Source of the DNA: Vitrella brassicaformis CCMP3155
Taxonomy: Eukaryota; Protista; Chromerida
Direction of reading: 5' to 3'
Length of the DNA: 29,194 bases
Assembly: GCA_001179505.1 (NCBI GenBank)
Contig: CDMY01000697.1
Coordinates: forward strand, 1-29,194
Shown here: positions 10,835 through 22,639 of the stretch, in pieces
How positions within the stretch are numbered: position 1 is the stretch's first letter
Layout: each line of letters begins with the position of its first letter
Notes under the pieces: model-generated
The model's database searches: none
What the model was told of the DNA's origin: nothing
What the model saw: only the letters and a program-made list of their open reading frames with translations
Translations under genes and position numbers: made by a program

Positions 10835-11752
10835 GGAATCGCCGACGAGGCAACCGGTCTAGGAGGCGGCCTGGAAATCCCCAAGTCGGAGCCCGACCCT
10901 GACTTCAAGCAGCGCCTCCTCGACGATCTCGGGTATGAACGGCTAACCGAGACAAGCTAAAACCGTCAGTCAGTCGGTCCTCAACAGCCAGCCAGTTAGA
11001 CAGCCAGGCAGCTAGCCAGTCGAAGCCAGTCAGTCGAAAACGCACACCTACGACCAGCCAAGACATGCTGCTGATTCATGAATGCGTGCGTGGTCTGCAT
11101 GTGAAATTGTGAATGTCTGAGCAGGTTGGCAAGCGACGAGGACGGCATCCGCCGCACTCGAAGGAAGCGCCGAACGCGGAAGTTCGGCTGGCGCTCAACC
11201 TTCGACACCAGATCAAAGGGTCAGCTTCAAGCCAAACCGAGGGTCCAGCAAGGTATGCAGCAGCTTTCAGGGGTAGATGGGTAAGTGGAGATGTGTGTGT
11301 GTCTGTGAATGATATGCAGCGTTCAAGAAGACGTGCAAGCGCCACAAAGACCAGATCGACGTCAACGATGTCATGGAGGCCTTTCAGTGCACCCTGGCCC
11401 TCGACAGTGTGACGCCGAACAATTGACGCCGAACGGGTGGAAAAATATCGTTGCCCTCCCTCATGGAGGTCGGACCATCCTTTTTATAAGTCTCGTCCAC
11501 CAGCTAAGACACAGTTGCATAGACAGAAGCAATTGGACAGAAGAGATGTGTATATGCAATGATGTCTCTCAGGGATTCAGGCCTCCGACAACCAAAGGCG
11601 ACGTGTGGCCGCCTGTCAAGTTTCCCACCAAGCACCGCAACACCGTGGAGACGTTCTACGAGTTCCTGAAGTGGGAGGTTGCCAAGGTTGAGACCAAAAA
11701 CCACGGCGCCATCACCAAATTCTACTTCAACGACGTGCCCAAGTGCGACTGA
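10835..11752 (+). pseudogene. Spliced multi-exon remnant of an unrecognised protein
   Basis: Exon-like blocks with AG/GT ends: GIADEATGLGGGLEIPKSEPDPDFKQRLLDDL; FKKTCKRHKDQIDVNDVMEAFQCTLALDSVTPN; GFRPPTTKGDVWPPVKFPTKHRNTVETFYEFLKWEVAKVETKNHGAITKFYFNDVPKCD*. The frame is broken by an 11-bp duplication (TGACGCCGAAC at 11410 and 11424, 14-nt insert). Confidence 0.45.
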
Positions 11753-12937
11753 AAACCCACAGAGAGACAAGAAGAGAGAGAGGGAGAGAGAGGGAGAGAG
11801 AGAGGGTCTATGCGTCGAGCGTGAAGAACAAAGAGAGAGACAAGACAGTGTAGGAAAGAGCCACATGAGAGACTGTCGATGTTGTCGAAGGTGCACAGGC
11901 GTGTAGGCGTGTGTATGTGTATGTCTTAGGAGTTTCACCCTCTCACGGCTGAAAGCGGCAACTGGCAAAGCTTCTCTCAGACCCAGAAAATTGTAATCCT
12001 GCCTGGGCGGTACGTATGATAATTCCCACACCACCTACAGTGACCACCATCTCATGAGTATTGTTGCCTGTTGATTGAATTATTGTGGACAGCGTCATTA
12101 TTGGTGGCACATTTCATGTCGACAAACAGTGATACTCGAAGGCGAAGAGCCCTTGGAGCCAGCACAAAGGAGGTTCTGATTGGAGAGTTCTGGTTCGTTG
12201 TGGCGATTAGTGCCATCGGGTTGTTCGACCAGATTACCACCCGTCGTGCAGCACTCAAGCAGCGCATCCTCGCCCAGCAGATTGCTGCACAGCTCCCTGC
12301 CGAAGGGCACCAGCCAAGATCAGGTACACTAACAAACAAGCGGTTCCGCCCTACTGTTTCTCACACCGCAAATGAGCGGGACGGGAAAGAAGAAACAATC
12401 GGTCAGACACTGACCGACGTCTCTGTCCCTGCTCGTATGTCAGGGTGTCAACCTTGGCAACACGCGCGGTGAGGGAGTGAGGCGTGCCTAGCCGTCAATT
12501 GGTGTACTGGACATGGCGTCGGCTGCGGAGTGCTGGCCGTCCTTGCTGAGGCCAGATGTACGCGAGATTAATTGCAACGGGAGCGCTTTCGCTATAAATA
12601 GACATCCATGGTAGCGTCCCATTCATTCGTTAGCCCCTAGCTACCTTTCTCATCTCTTAACCCAGCAATACACATTGTTACGTGTGCGTGTGCATATATA
12701 GCATTGGAATGTCTCTGTGTGAGCCGAACCTTTGTGGGAATGTGTGTGCGCGGATCTCACTGTTGAGAGCATCCAAAATGCAATGAATCGCCTATCTGGC
12801 AATGTCTCACACATGTCTGTACACATTACGAACACACCCACCTACTTGATAAAGACCTAATTACACTTGCCCAGCAATCGATCAATGAGCATGGACACAC
12901 ACAACTCACACACACACACACACACTCACAACCTCAA

Positions 12938-14510
12938 TCAAAGCTCGTCTCTTATTTTTGCCGCATGCAAGACATCTGCACACATCGAGAGGCAGACCGA
13001 CATGTACACAGACAAATTTAGATGAGCGCGCTCATCGTTTACCTCTGTATATCTTTGGCAATGTCAGTGCCACCACACCAGCCGGCCACGCAATCGATGA
13101 GTTGGCAATCTGCACACACACACGATGGCCATCCATCCATCCGTGTGTGTGTGTGTGTGTGTACGTCAAGGACGGCATGCATTTTGTGCTCAGGGGGCAG
13201 CCGCAACACACGAGTCAGCAGCAGCGAAAGGAAATTCAGCCTGCACGTGGATGCGCACACGCAGGGTGCGCACATGTGTGTGTGTGTGCGTGTGTCCGTC
13301 GTTCACTCACCCGAAGCAAGCGGTCTCTGCCTTCTCCCTCTCTGCCTCAGGATGGATGCGTATCGCCACCTCATCCACTGACAGGTTCGCTATGATACAC
13401 ACACACACACATTCACATATATGCCCACACATGTGAATGCGTGTGTGTGTGTGAGTGGAGAGCGCCTTTGTGTGCATTTTGTGTGTGCGTGTACCACAGA
13501 GCTGCTCGGCCAATTGGTCAAAGTCGGCGATGGTGAACATGTTGCTGTCGTCCTTACGCACATACTGAACACACCCACACCCACACTCAGAGAGAGGTGC
13601 ACACTTGTATGTGTGTGTGTGTGTGTATGTGGAGGGACCTTGTTGAAGTAGTAGTAGTTCTCGACAGCGTATATCTCGGTGTGCGGGGGCAGCACAAAAG
13701 GCAGCGGATCGATCGACGATAAGACGAAGTGATCCACATCCTACGGACACACACAGATCGGTGGATGGGTGCAAGAATGTGTGTGTGTGTGCCGACTGCC
13801 GTCCCTCTCCCTCTCTCTCTCTCTGTGTGTGTGGTGTGGGTGTGTGTCCGTGATGGCCGTGTACCTGTCTGCAAGTGTCGAAGTTCGGCTGCCCTTCTGC
13901 CGTGTATGTCGACCCTGCACATGCAGTCCACACACATATATGTGTGTGTGGATGCATGTGTGTCCACGCACCCTGCACCAAAGTCATGGAAGCGCCCCGC
14001 TGACCACACACATACACACATCCATCCGTCCACATGCATTTTCGGGGAGGGAGGGATCGGTCTGTGTGTCTGTCTGTCTGTCTGTCTATGTGTGTGGGTG
14101 TGGTGTATGGGTGGGTATGTGTACCTGTAGGCAGGAGACGGTGTGTGAATCATTCTCTTGTTGTCTGCCCTTGGAGAGCGTATGTACCTGCACACACACA
14201 TTGGTACATTGACACACACACATTGACACACACACACGCCTCCATCCATCCATCCATTTTGCGTGTGTACCAGGCCTTCGAGAGCGAGCTGCCTTCCCAG
14301 CCCGTCATAGCTCTTGGAGTACAAGCTGTACACCGACCTGCACACACACACACACGTGCATTCGTACCATGGACCCACCCATGCCTCCGTCTGCGTGGGC
14401 ATACATACATACATACCCGCAGAAATCGAGCTGTTCGGTCGCAGCTGACACCTACGCACACACATACGAGAGAGGTGATGGATGGATGGATGGATGGATG
14501 GATCCCATCC

Positions 14511-14544
<34 letters not shown>

Positions 14545-15608
14545 ATTTGTGTCGACTTCGACGACCACCTGGGCAGAGCCGCCGCCCACCTCCACCAACG
14601 CAGCACGGCTGCACCCAACCAATGCACACACACACATACACATACATACATACATACATAGATATGCGCAGATCGATCGATCGATCGGTGTGTGTGTATA
14701 TGTGTGATCTGTGTACTTGGGCGCCTTCTCCTTCGTTGGCTGCTCGTCTGCCCGCCTACACACACACGTGTGTGTGTACCCCGTGTGTGTATGTGTGTGT
14801 ATGGTGGGTGAGTGCGTATGTGTACGTGTGTTTCTGCCTGATGACGGTGAGGTCGCTGCCAAAGGTGCCCAGCAGCTGGTTGAGCACAAACCATCCCATG
14901 GCACCCTCCCTCTTGCCATCCATCAGCTCGGCCCACTCCTAATCAATCAATCAATGGATGGATGGATAATCGACACACACGTCATGGAATGGGTGGATGG
15001 ACATTATTTTGTGTGTATTGGGGGTGGGGATGGGTGACAGGTGGGGGCGTACTTACGTGTCGAAAGAGAAAGGGCCATGACGAGAGAATTGCCCGTATGT
15101 GCGAAAGAAAGACGCCCTGTGTGTGGCATAGCAACCACACATGTGCATCGAGATATTTCTCTCCCTCTCAGATCGCCATCCGTGTGTGTGTTTGTATGTT
15201 TGTATGTGTGTGTGTGTGGCACTTGGGTGTGTTCGTCCATTGTGCGCATGCCGGCGGTGCCCCTGAACACACACACACACACACACAGACGCACAGAAGG
15301 ACACAAACCAAATATCCATCCATCCATCCATCCATTTCCGCGCAGATGAGCACTGTCGGATCACCTGAAGAGCACGACGGTGGACGCGTGCATCGCATCG
15401 TCGATGCTCTCCACACAGAAAGACCGCAATCTTTACACCCACCCAGCCACACACACACACACACATGCGCAGAGGGAGAGAGAGAGCCAGAAGGAGAGAA
15501 GGGATGCACGCCGGTGCGCTATCTACCCATCGTCACTTACGGCTCCAGGTATCTCTCTATGACGTCAAGCGATGGCTCATCAACGAAAGAGGAGAGCCCC
15601 GGACGCAC

Positions 15609-15641
<33 letters not shown>

Positions 15642-16147
15642 TATATATATCCATCAACACGGAGCAACACGACACACACAGTCGGGGCAGCCACGTGGCC
15701 TCTTATCCTATCTATCGACCTTTTTGCTGGTGTCGGGCATCCACACAGTGACGCCCCCGGTGCTGCCGCACTTTGACGCGTCATACGCTGCACACATAAG
15801 TAAGGCACACGCACCCACAGACAGCCAGAGATACATACGTGCAGAGTGCATGTCTTCCTCTGATGTGCGTGGCTGGCTGGCTGACCGTAGGAGTAGATGT
15901 GCGCCCTGGTGCCTGTGCTGCCGCCATCTATCACTATCGCATACCTACAGCCAAGCCATGACACCCACAGAGAGAGAGAGGGATTAGGTTTCATGACTCA
16001 TTGTGTGTGTCTGGTCAATGAGTTTCTGTACCTGTCTGATGATTCCTCTGCTGCTGCTGCCGCTCCTGCTGTCTGTGCGCATATTGCGCACACGAACAAT
16101 AATGTCACCACACAATGACACACAAACCGAGAACAGTGAAGCCACAT
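12938..16147 (-). CDS. GDA1/CD39-family nucleoside tri/diphosphate phosphohydrolase (apyrase/NTPDase), soluble, signal peptide plus C-terminal RDEL
   Basis: N-terminus MWLHCSRFVCHCVVTLLFVCAICAQTAGA (signal peptide). ACR1 YAIVIDGGSTGTRAHIYSY, ACR2 GTAGMR, ACR3 MDGKREGAMGW, ACR4 VEVGGGSAQV, LYSKSYDGLG, ACR5 IAWPAG. A last intron (13042-12976) gives ...LHAAKIRDEL*. Confidence 0.93.
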
Positions 16148-16738
16148 GCTCTGAGCACACACACACCCAGTCCCATAGCCAGACAGGGAGAGATCCATTC
16201 ATGCGTGCGTGCGATGGCCCAGGTCAGTTGCGTACCTATGATGGATGTTTGTGAGGCAGATCTATCTCCACAACTCATCCATCGGCATGTCCGGATCAGC
16301 ACAGGCAAGGCCTTAAGACCAACGCCTTGTGAGCTAAGCTCGCATCCGTCGGCTTAGTGCGAAAAAGCGTTACACGCGAGCAGAAAGGTAGGTGGGAATT
16401 CGCCACATTCATAGGACAGCTGCATGTTGACGCATGTGCTGCTGTGTGTTTGCAGGTTTGGACGGTTGTGTATCCGGTAGTGCTCATGGCCGTGGCTGGT
16501 TGGGAGGGATGGACTGACGACCGATGAGAATGGGATGGATGAGCACATCCACATGCATCGCATCCCAGAGCATCATACGCATTCATGAAGCCCACTGAGT
16601 GGTACGTACGGATCAATTAAAGGGAAAGAGAAAAGAGGAAAAGCTTCATGCGCCCTCTCTCCGTGTGTGTGTGTGTGTAGATCCATCCATCCATCCATTC
16701 GTCCGCGTGTGCGTTTGGCAGCGTGGAGTATCATCATT

Positions 16739-17916
16739 ATGTTGGTGACGTACGGCTCCTTCTGGCCGCTCTTCAAGCGTGCGCTGGACAGATGCGACCA
16801 AGGCCACCACATGGTGAGTGGGTGCAACCACACACAGAGGAAAGGTGAACTCACACAGAGAGAGAGATGGATGCACACGCACAGGGAGAGAGAACTCTCT
16901 CTCTCTCTCTCTCTCTACGTGTGCGTGTGTATGGATGGATGGATGGACGGGCTTGTGTGTGTGTGTCCATTCACTCACAGGTGCACATCTACTACTATCC
17001 CTGTCCGGACGGCATCGCATCGCTCACACTCATAGAGGTACCTCAGCAACACACAAACAGACAAAGAGACAGAGAGAGAAAGAGGCGCGCACAGTATAGC
17101 ACAGCACAGCACAGCTCAGCACCCTCTCTCCCTCCTTATGCACGTGTATGTGTGTGTGTGCGTGTATGTGTGTATGGTTGATCGATTGGTCAGATGTTGA
17201 TACCTCAAGGCGTGCAGGTGGCCATGACGCCCATCAAAGACAACGATACCCTACGGGTAAGAAAGAAACCGTGTGTGTGTGTGATATCCATCCGTCCATC
17301 CATCCATGCATCCATCGAGCCCTCTCTCTCTATCTCTCTGTGTGTGTGTGTGTGTGTGTTAGTTGAAGGCGATTGAGCTGGCGAAGAGCGCTACTACGGA
17401 GGTCAGTCAGTCAGTTTGTGTGTATGTATGTGATGTGTGTGATGTGAGCATAGACACACACACACACACACACATGTTGATGCACATGTGCTGATGTGCA
17501 GATTCCGCTGCTGATTCTGATCAACCTCGGCGCACACACCAACCTGCCTCTGTGGTTCGGCGGTACGGACGTGAACAGATTGGCATACAGAGAGAGACCC
17601 AAACAGGCCCACATTGGATTGATGGATGCCCATGGACGGATTTGTCCGTATGTGTGTGTGCATACAGATGACAACAACACGGGTGTGGAGCAGCCGGACT
17701 TTCAGGAGGGTGCACACGGCCGCAAAGAGCGCACACACATCTGGGTGGCTACCTCACACACACTCATTTATTCATCCATCCATCCATGTGTGTGTGTGTC
17801 CACACATCTATGTGTGCATGTGTATGTGTGTGTAGGTGTTCGATTCGCACCGTCCGTTTGACCTGGACAACGTGCACGACGGACACGCCGACGGAGCCAG
17901 TGCCGTAAGCCTCCTC

Positions 17917-17949
<33 letters not shown>

Positions 17950-20900
17950 GCGCGCATCGGACAACACACGTGCGGTCCATATGGACCGCACATTAACTAA
18001 TTCGGTGTGTTGTCCATCCATCCATCCATCCATGCATCCATCAGTCGGTGCATGTGTGTCTGACGCACTTCGACCTGACTGTGCTCAACAACACCAACAT
18101 GAAGGTCGCTGAGGACCAGGACCACCACAGATACCCTAAACACACGTCCATGGTCGGCGCCCTCACCATGCACACAATGAACACCACACCCCTCTCCCCG
18201 ATACACACACACATCTCTTGTGAGTCTGTCCGTGTGTGTGTGTGTCTATGTCAGTTTGAGGAGGATCTGGCCAACGAATACGGCCTGGACGAGGCGAGCA
18301 TCCACACCATCACACGCGCACACACAGAGAGAGAGATAGAGAGAGAGGGAGAAAGAGAGAGACAGAGATGCACACAGTGTGGCTCTATATGTGTGTATGT
18401 GTGTGTGTGTCAGGACGGCGACATAGACGTAGACGTAGACCTGGACGATGAAGACGACGACGATCCCATGGCGGCCGGCAACCAGAGAGACCAAGAGGGG
18501 CAAGTGAGTCAGCCCTATGAATCGCAAGAATCCCACATCATTTGCATGCGTGTCCATTGTTTGTGTTGTGTTTACACAGGAGGGCCAAGGCGCTGGTGGT
18601 GGTGGTGGTAGTAATGGTGACCGTGGACAGGGAGAGGAGGATGGGGGCGAGGAGGCCCGCAGGAAGCGACTCAGACGCGCCGACGCACCGGTAACCTCCC
18701 ATATCAGCCTACACACACACACACACAGACAGACAGAGAGAGAGGGTGATGGATGCTCACTAAAGCCCTCCAAAACTCCTCCCTCCCTATCTCTGTATGT
18801 GTGTGTGTCTGTGTGTGTGTGTCTGTGTGTGTCAGGAGGGTGAGAGTGGTCGTGACCAGGACGAGACTCAGGAGGCGGCTCGTGCCAAGAGGCGGGAGAA
18901 GAGGCGGCAGCACATACAACAACTACGGTGAGTGCGGGGCGTACCTGTGTGGCACGTTGGTGTGCACACAAACACATGGATGGATGGATGGATGTGTGTG
19001 TGTATTCAGGCGCGCCAACGAAGTGGCGATGCACCGCTACTACGCTGGGGTAAGCAGCCCCCACTTAGCCCCTCCCAGACGCACACAGAGACAGATGCGC
19101 ACATAGCAACTGGATGCGATGCGTGTGTGCATGTGTGTATGTGTGACTGTGTGTTAGGTGTGGAAGGCGACCCCCACAGCGTGTTTCCTGAGGCGCGTGC
19201 TGTCGATGAACGACAAGGCCATCGTCACCGCTGAAGCCATCTGGTGGGTATGTTTGTATGTGTGTGTGTGTGTGTGTCCTTAGTAGTGAAGTGGCACCAC
19301 ACACACACAGACACAGAGAGAGGGAGAGAGTGGCAGGAGTGAAAAGGATTGACGCACTCTTACCTTCCTCACACAACGGGGATCTCTCTCCCTCCCTGCC
19401 CCTCTCTCTCTCTCTCTCTCTCTCCCTGTGTGTGTCTACAGGGCAGAGCAGGTAGCGTTGGTGTGGTCTTGGCAGTTGGGTCTCATCGGCGAGAGGGTCT
19501 ACCGCGTCAGAATCGATGCCGCACAGAACCTCATGACAGAACAACACATCGAGTCAGTGCCTACATTACGTGCAGATAGAGAGAGAGAGGGTGCAAGAGA
19601 GAGAGGAGTGTGTCATTGTGTGGTTGTGCCCTGGATGAATGAATGGTTGCAGTTGGGGCGCGCTGTCCATCGACCCGGTGGACCTGCTCCTGCCGCTATA
19701 CAGACAGCAGTCAGCACACACACATCCCTCCCCCGATACGAATACAAACACACACAAGGACCATACGCCTGTGTGCATCCTTTGTGTTGTGTGTGGGTCG
19801 GTGTCTGTGTGTGTGTGTGTGTGTGTGTCGGTCGGCAGGACGATTCGCAGAGCGATGCAGTGCTCGGAGATTCTCTACCGTACTCTCAGATACTTCCTGG
19901 GAGACGTACGCACACACACAGAGAGATAGAGAGATAGAGAGAAAATTTCTGTGTGTGCACTAATTCTCTTTCTCTCTCTCTCCGTGTGTGTGTGTGTGTG
20001 TGTGTGTCCGTCTGTGTGTGTGTGCGTGTGGCATCAGGCACAGGCGAAGCGCAACATCAATCGGTGTCTGACGTGCCTCGGCGAGCACAGAACATCTGTA
20101 CGCACACACACACAGAGAGGGGGGGGATGGATGCGTGTAAGCGTGTGTGTGTGCATTGTGTGTGTGTGTATTGTGTTGATCAGCGGTATGAGAACGACAG
20201 CTGGATGCAGATGCTCGAGACCATGCAGGACAAAATACGTACCAAACTAGAGTGAGTCAGTAACCTACTGACCAATCACACACAATGGTCCATCCATCCA
20301 TTGTGTCTGTCTATGTGTGTGTGTGTGTGTGTCATCCAGCGATTCCGTCCGCGAGCACTTCGGCCACCCACAGGAGACCATCCTCGAGTGAGTAAACAAA
20401 CCAACCACACACACACACCGACCCCTCCCTATGTGTGTCTGTCGTGGTGTGTGTGTGTGTGTGTTGTGTGTAGGTATCCGACGTTCAAGCGCAAGTTGGA
20501 GCACCGCCGCGACAACCGGCTGTTCCCCGAGATGACACCACTTGACGTGGCCCATGTGCTCATGACACGTATGGACATTGAGATCTGTGTCTGTGGATGG
20601 ATGGGTGGGCAAATGAGTGCATGCTCTGTATGTGTCACCCCCACTCAGTGTGGGACCATTCCCCAGCTGACGTGCGCTCGGCGATCACCTGGTCAGCACA
20701 CACACACACACTCACACACACACTCACAGAGAGAGAGAGAGGGAGAGAGGGCGCCCAGAAATGCATACAGACGGACCTGTATATACTCTGTGTGGGTGCA
20801 GTTCCCCGTGTGCGGCGTTGACAGAGGGCATCAGCGGCGCCATCGCACTGCAGCAGGCCCTGTTCGACGTGGTGCGCACACACACATATACACACACACA

Positions 20901-22071
20901 GATGGATGGATGGATGGATGTGCAAATGGTGGATGGATGTGTATGTGTGTGTAGGTGACACAGTGCCGCACGGGCACTACACAAGAGGTCCGTGTCCACA
21001 CACAGACGTCGCCACCCACAAACGCAAAACAGCTGTCTCTCTCTCCCTCTGTGTGTCTGTGTGTGTGTGTGTGTGTGTGGTGTGCAGTGTGTGTATGCCG
21101 ACATGCGTTTCACCGTCTACCAGGCCGACATCACCAACGAGGAGTTCTGCGACCTACTCGGGTGCGTTGGATTGTGCTGCTTGCCCCTTGTGTGTGTTGT
21201 GTGGATGATGTATGCATGGGCATCCTGTGTGTCATCGTGTGTGTCAGGGAGCCGTTGATGCTGCGCCGTATGGCCAAGCTGCTGAGTGAGAACCCCAAGT
21301 CGCCGAATGAGGAGATGGTGACCCTCTCTTCCCCAACACACACATACATAGAAGGGTGCATATGTGTGTGTGTGTGTTTTTGTTTGGCAGGAGAACTATT
21401 CTGGCGAGGCCAAGAACGTGTGTCTGATCGTCAACATCACGTACACACACACATACACAGGGAGAGGGAGAGAGAGAGATGCCAATCCACCCACCCATCT
21501 GTGCGCACATGTGGATGTGTGTGTGTCAGGGAGGCTCGTGCCCGTGTGATTGGGTACAGGCCTGGCATGAGCAGGGAGACCCCCAAGTACCCACAGCACC
21601 ATCCACAGCACACACACGTGCACCCATCCATCCATCCATCCACTGGTCCATTGGTCCATTCATCCATCTCTCTCTCTCTCTCTCTGTGGGTATGTATGTG
21701 TGTGTGTCAGTCCGTTCAACCAGTGGTTCAATTGGGTGCGCCACCACCACATAGACGGTGGACAGCATGCCATCACATACACAGGCAAGCCAAACAACAC
21801 AACACACGTGACACGCCACACACAGGGCGTGCGCTGTGTGCATCTCCCTCTCTCTCTCTGTGTGTGTTCTCGTTCATCGTATTATTATCATCCATCAGAT
21901 TACGACCGTTCGATTCTGACGATCGACAGCGACATGCTGGAGAAATTCGTAGAGGCACTCATCGTACGCACGGACGCAAACACAGAGAGACAGCGAGACA
22001 GAGAGAGAATGGGACAGATGGATGTGTGTGTGTGTGTGTGTCAGGGTGATCACAAGGATAGCGCCAACTAG
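16739..22071 (+). CDS. CDC45: DNA replication initiation factor CDC45 (CMG helicase subunit), divergent, >25 exons
   Basis: VHIYYYPCPDGIASLTLIE; LILINLGA; THIWVFDSHRPFDLDNV (diagnostic DSHRP); acidic loop with a basic NLS-like RRKRLRR; PTFKR...MTPLDVAHVL; GISGAIALQQALF; EPLMLRRMAKLL; and C-terminal DYDRSILTIDSDMLEKFVEAL. These occur in the expected order for Cdc45. Confidence 0.85.
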
Positions 22072-22639
22072 CAGACACAGGAAGGGGTGGGGGTATGGTA
22101 TATGGGTGTGGCCGTAGATTGCTGAGGTTCTGCTATCGATCGATTCACCCGTGCCTGCCTGAGTGCCTGGCTGCGTGCATGTGTGTGTGTGTGGGTGTGA
22201 TATGGTGTGTGGTAAAGATAGATGGGGGATGGGTATGTGTGGGTATTGCGCCGAGAGGGAGGGAGGGTGGAGGGATGGTTGGTTCATGGAAACATCCATC
22301 GGTGGGAGACTTGTATGTGTTTTATCCGGCTGCCTGTCGGTGTGGATGTGCGTGTCCATGTGCATGTGCATGGGTGTGGTGTGTGTAAATGGCCTAACTA
22401 TCAATCAATCAATCGATCAGCATCCATCCATCCACAATGGACGGATGACGGAACCCTTTCGCCCTGTCTATGTCTTATGTATGCAAATGGCGCATCAATC
22501 AATCATGGCGTCTGTCCCTTACCGATCCAATGCACACACGTTGCCCAACCGGACCACCCACACCCCCCACCAGCCCATAGCAATCTCTCCCACACCAAAC
22601 CCCCCCTCCAGCAATCCATCCGGTCGATCGAGCAGTTAG

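Larger units (their letters stand above)
5700..12470 (+). mobile_element. Island of decayed transposon-derived and pseudogene fragments
   Basis: Contains exon-like coding fragments with GT-AG boundaries, interrupted by stops, frameshifts and small tandem duplications. Long (GT)n/(ATGG)n intron arrays typical of the flanking host genes are largely absent. It includes a clear copia protease fragment. Boundaries are approximate; no TIR, LTR or TSD was identified. Confidence 0.6.

Noticed and set aside
12071-12472. 133-aa ORF as an independent gene
   Set aside because: No recognisable family and no supported start. It is kept only as a possible exon remnant of the decayed island.
13587-14936. 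449-aa minus-strand ORF, plus similar long ORFs at 14034-14942, 14962-15987 and 20955-22049
   Set aside because: They translate to HT/CV/ER/MDG runs from intronic microsatellites, which lack stop codons. The real coding information is in short exons of the NTPDase and CDC45.
16200-16720. Extra N-terminal coding exons for CDC45
   Set aside because: The candidate exons contain stops or do not join in phase. ATG 16739 already matches the usual Cdc45 N-terminus position, so this is more likely spliced 5' UTR or promoter.
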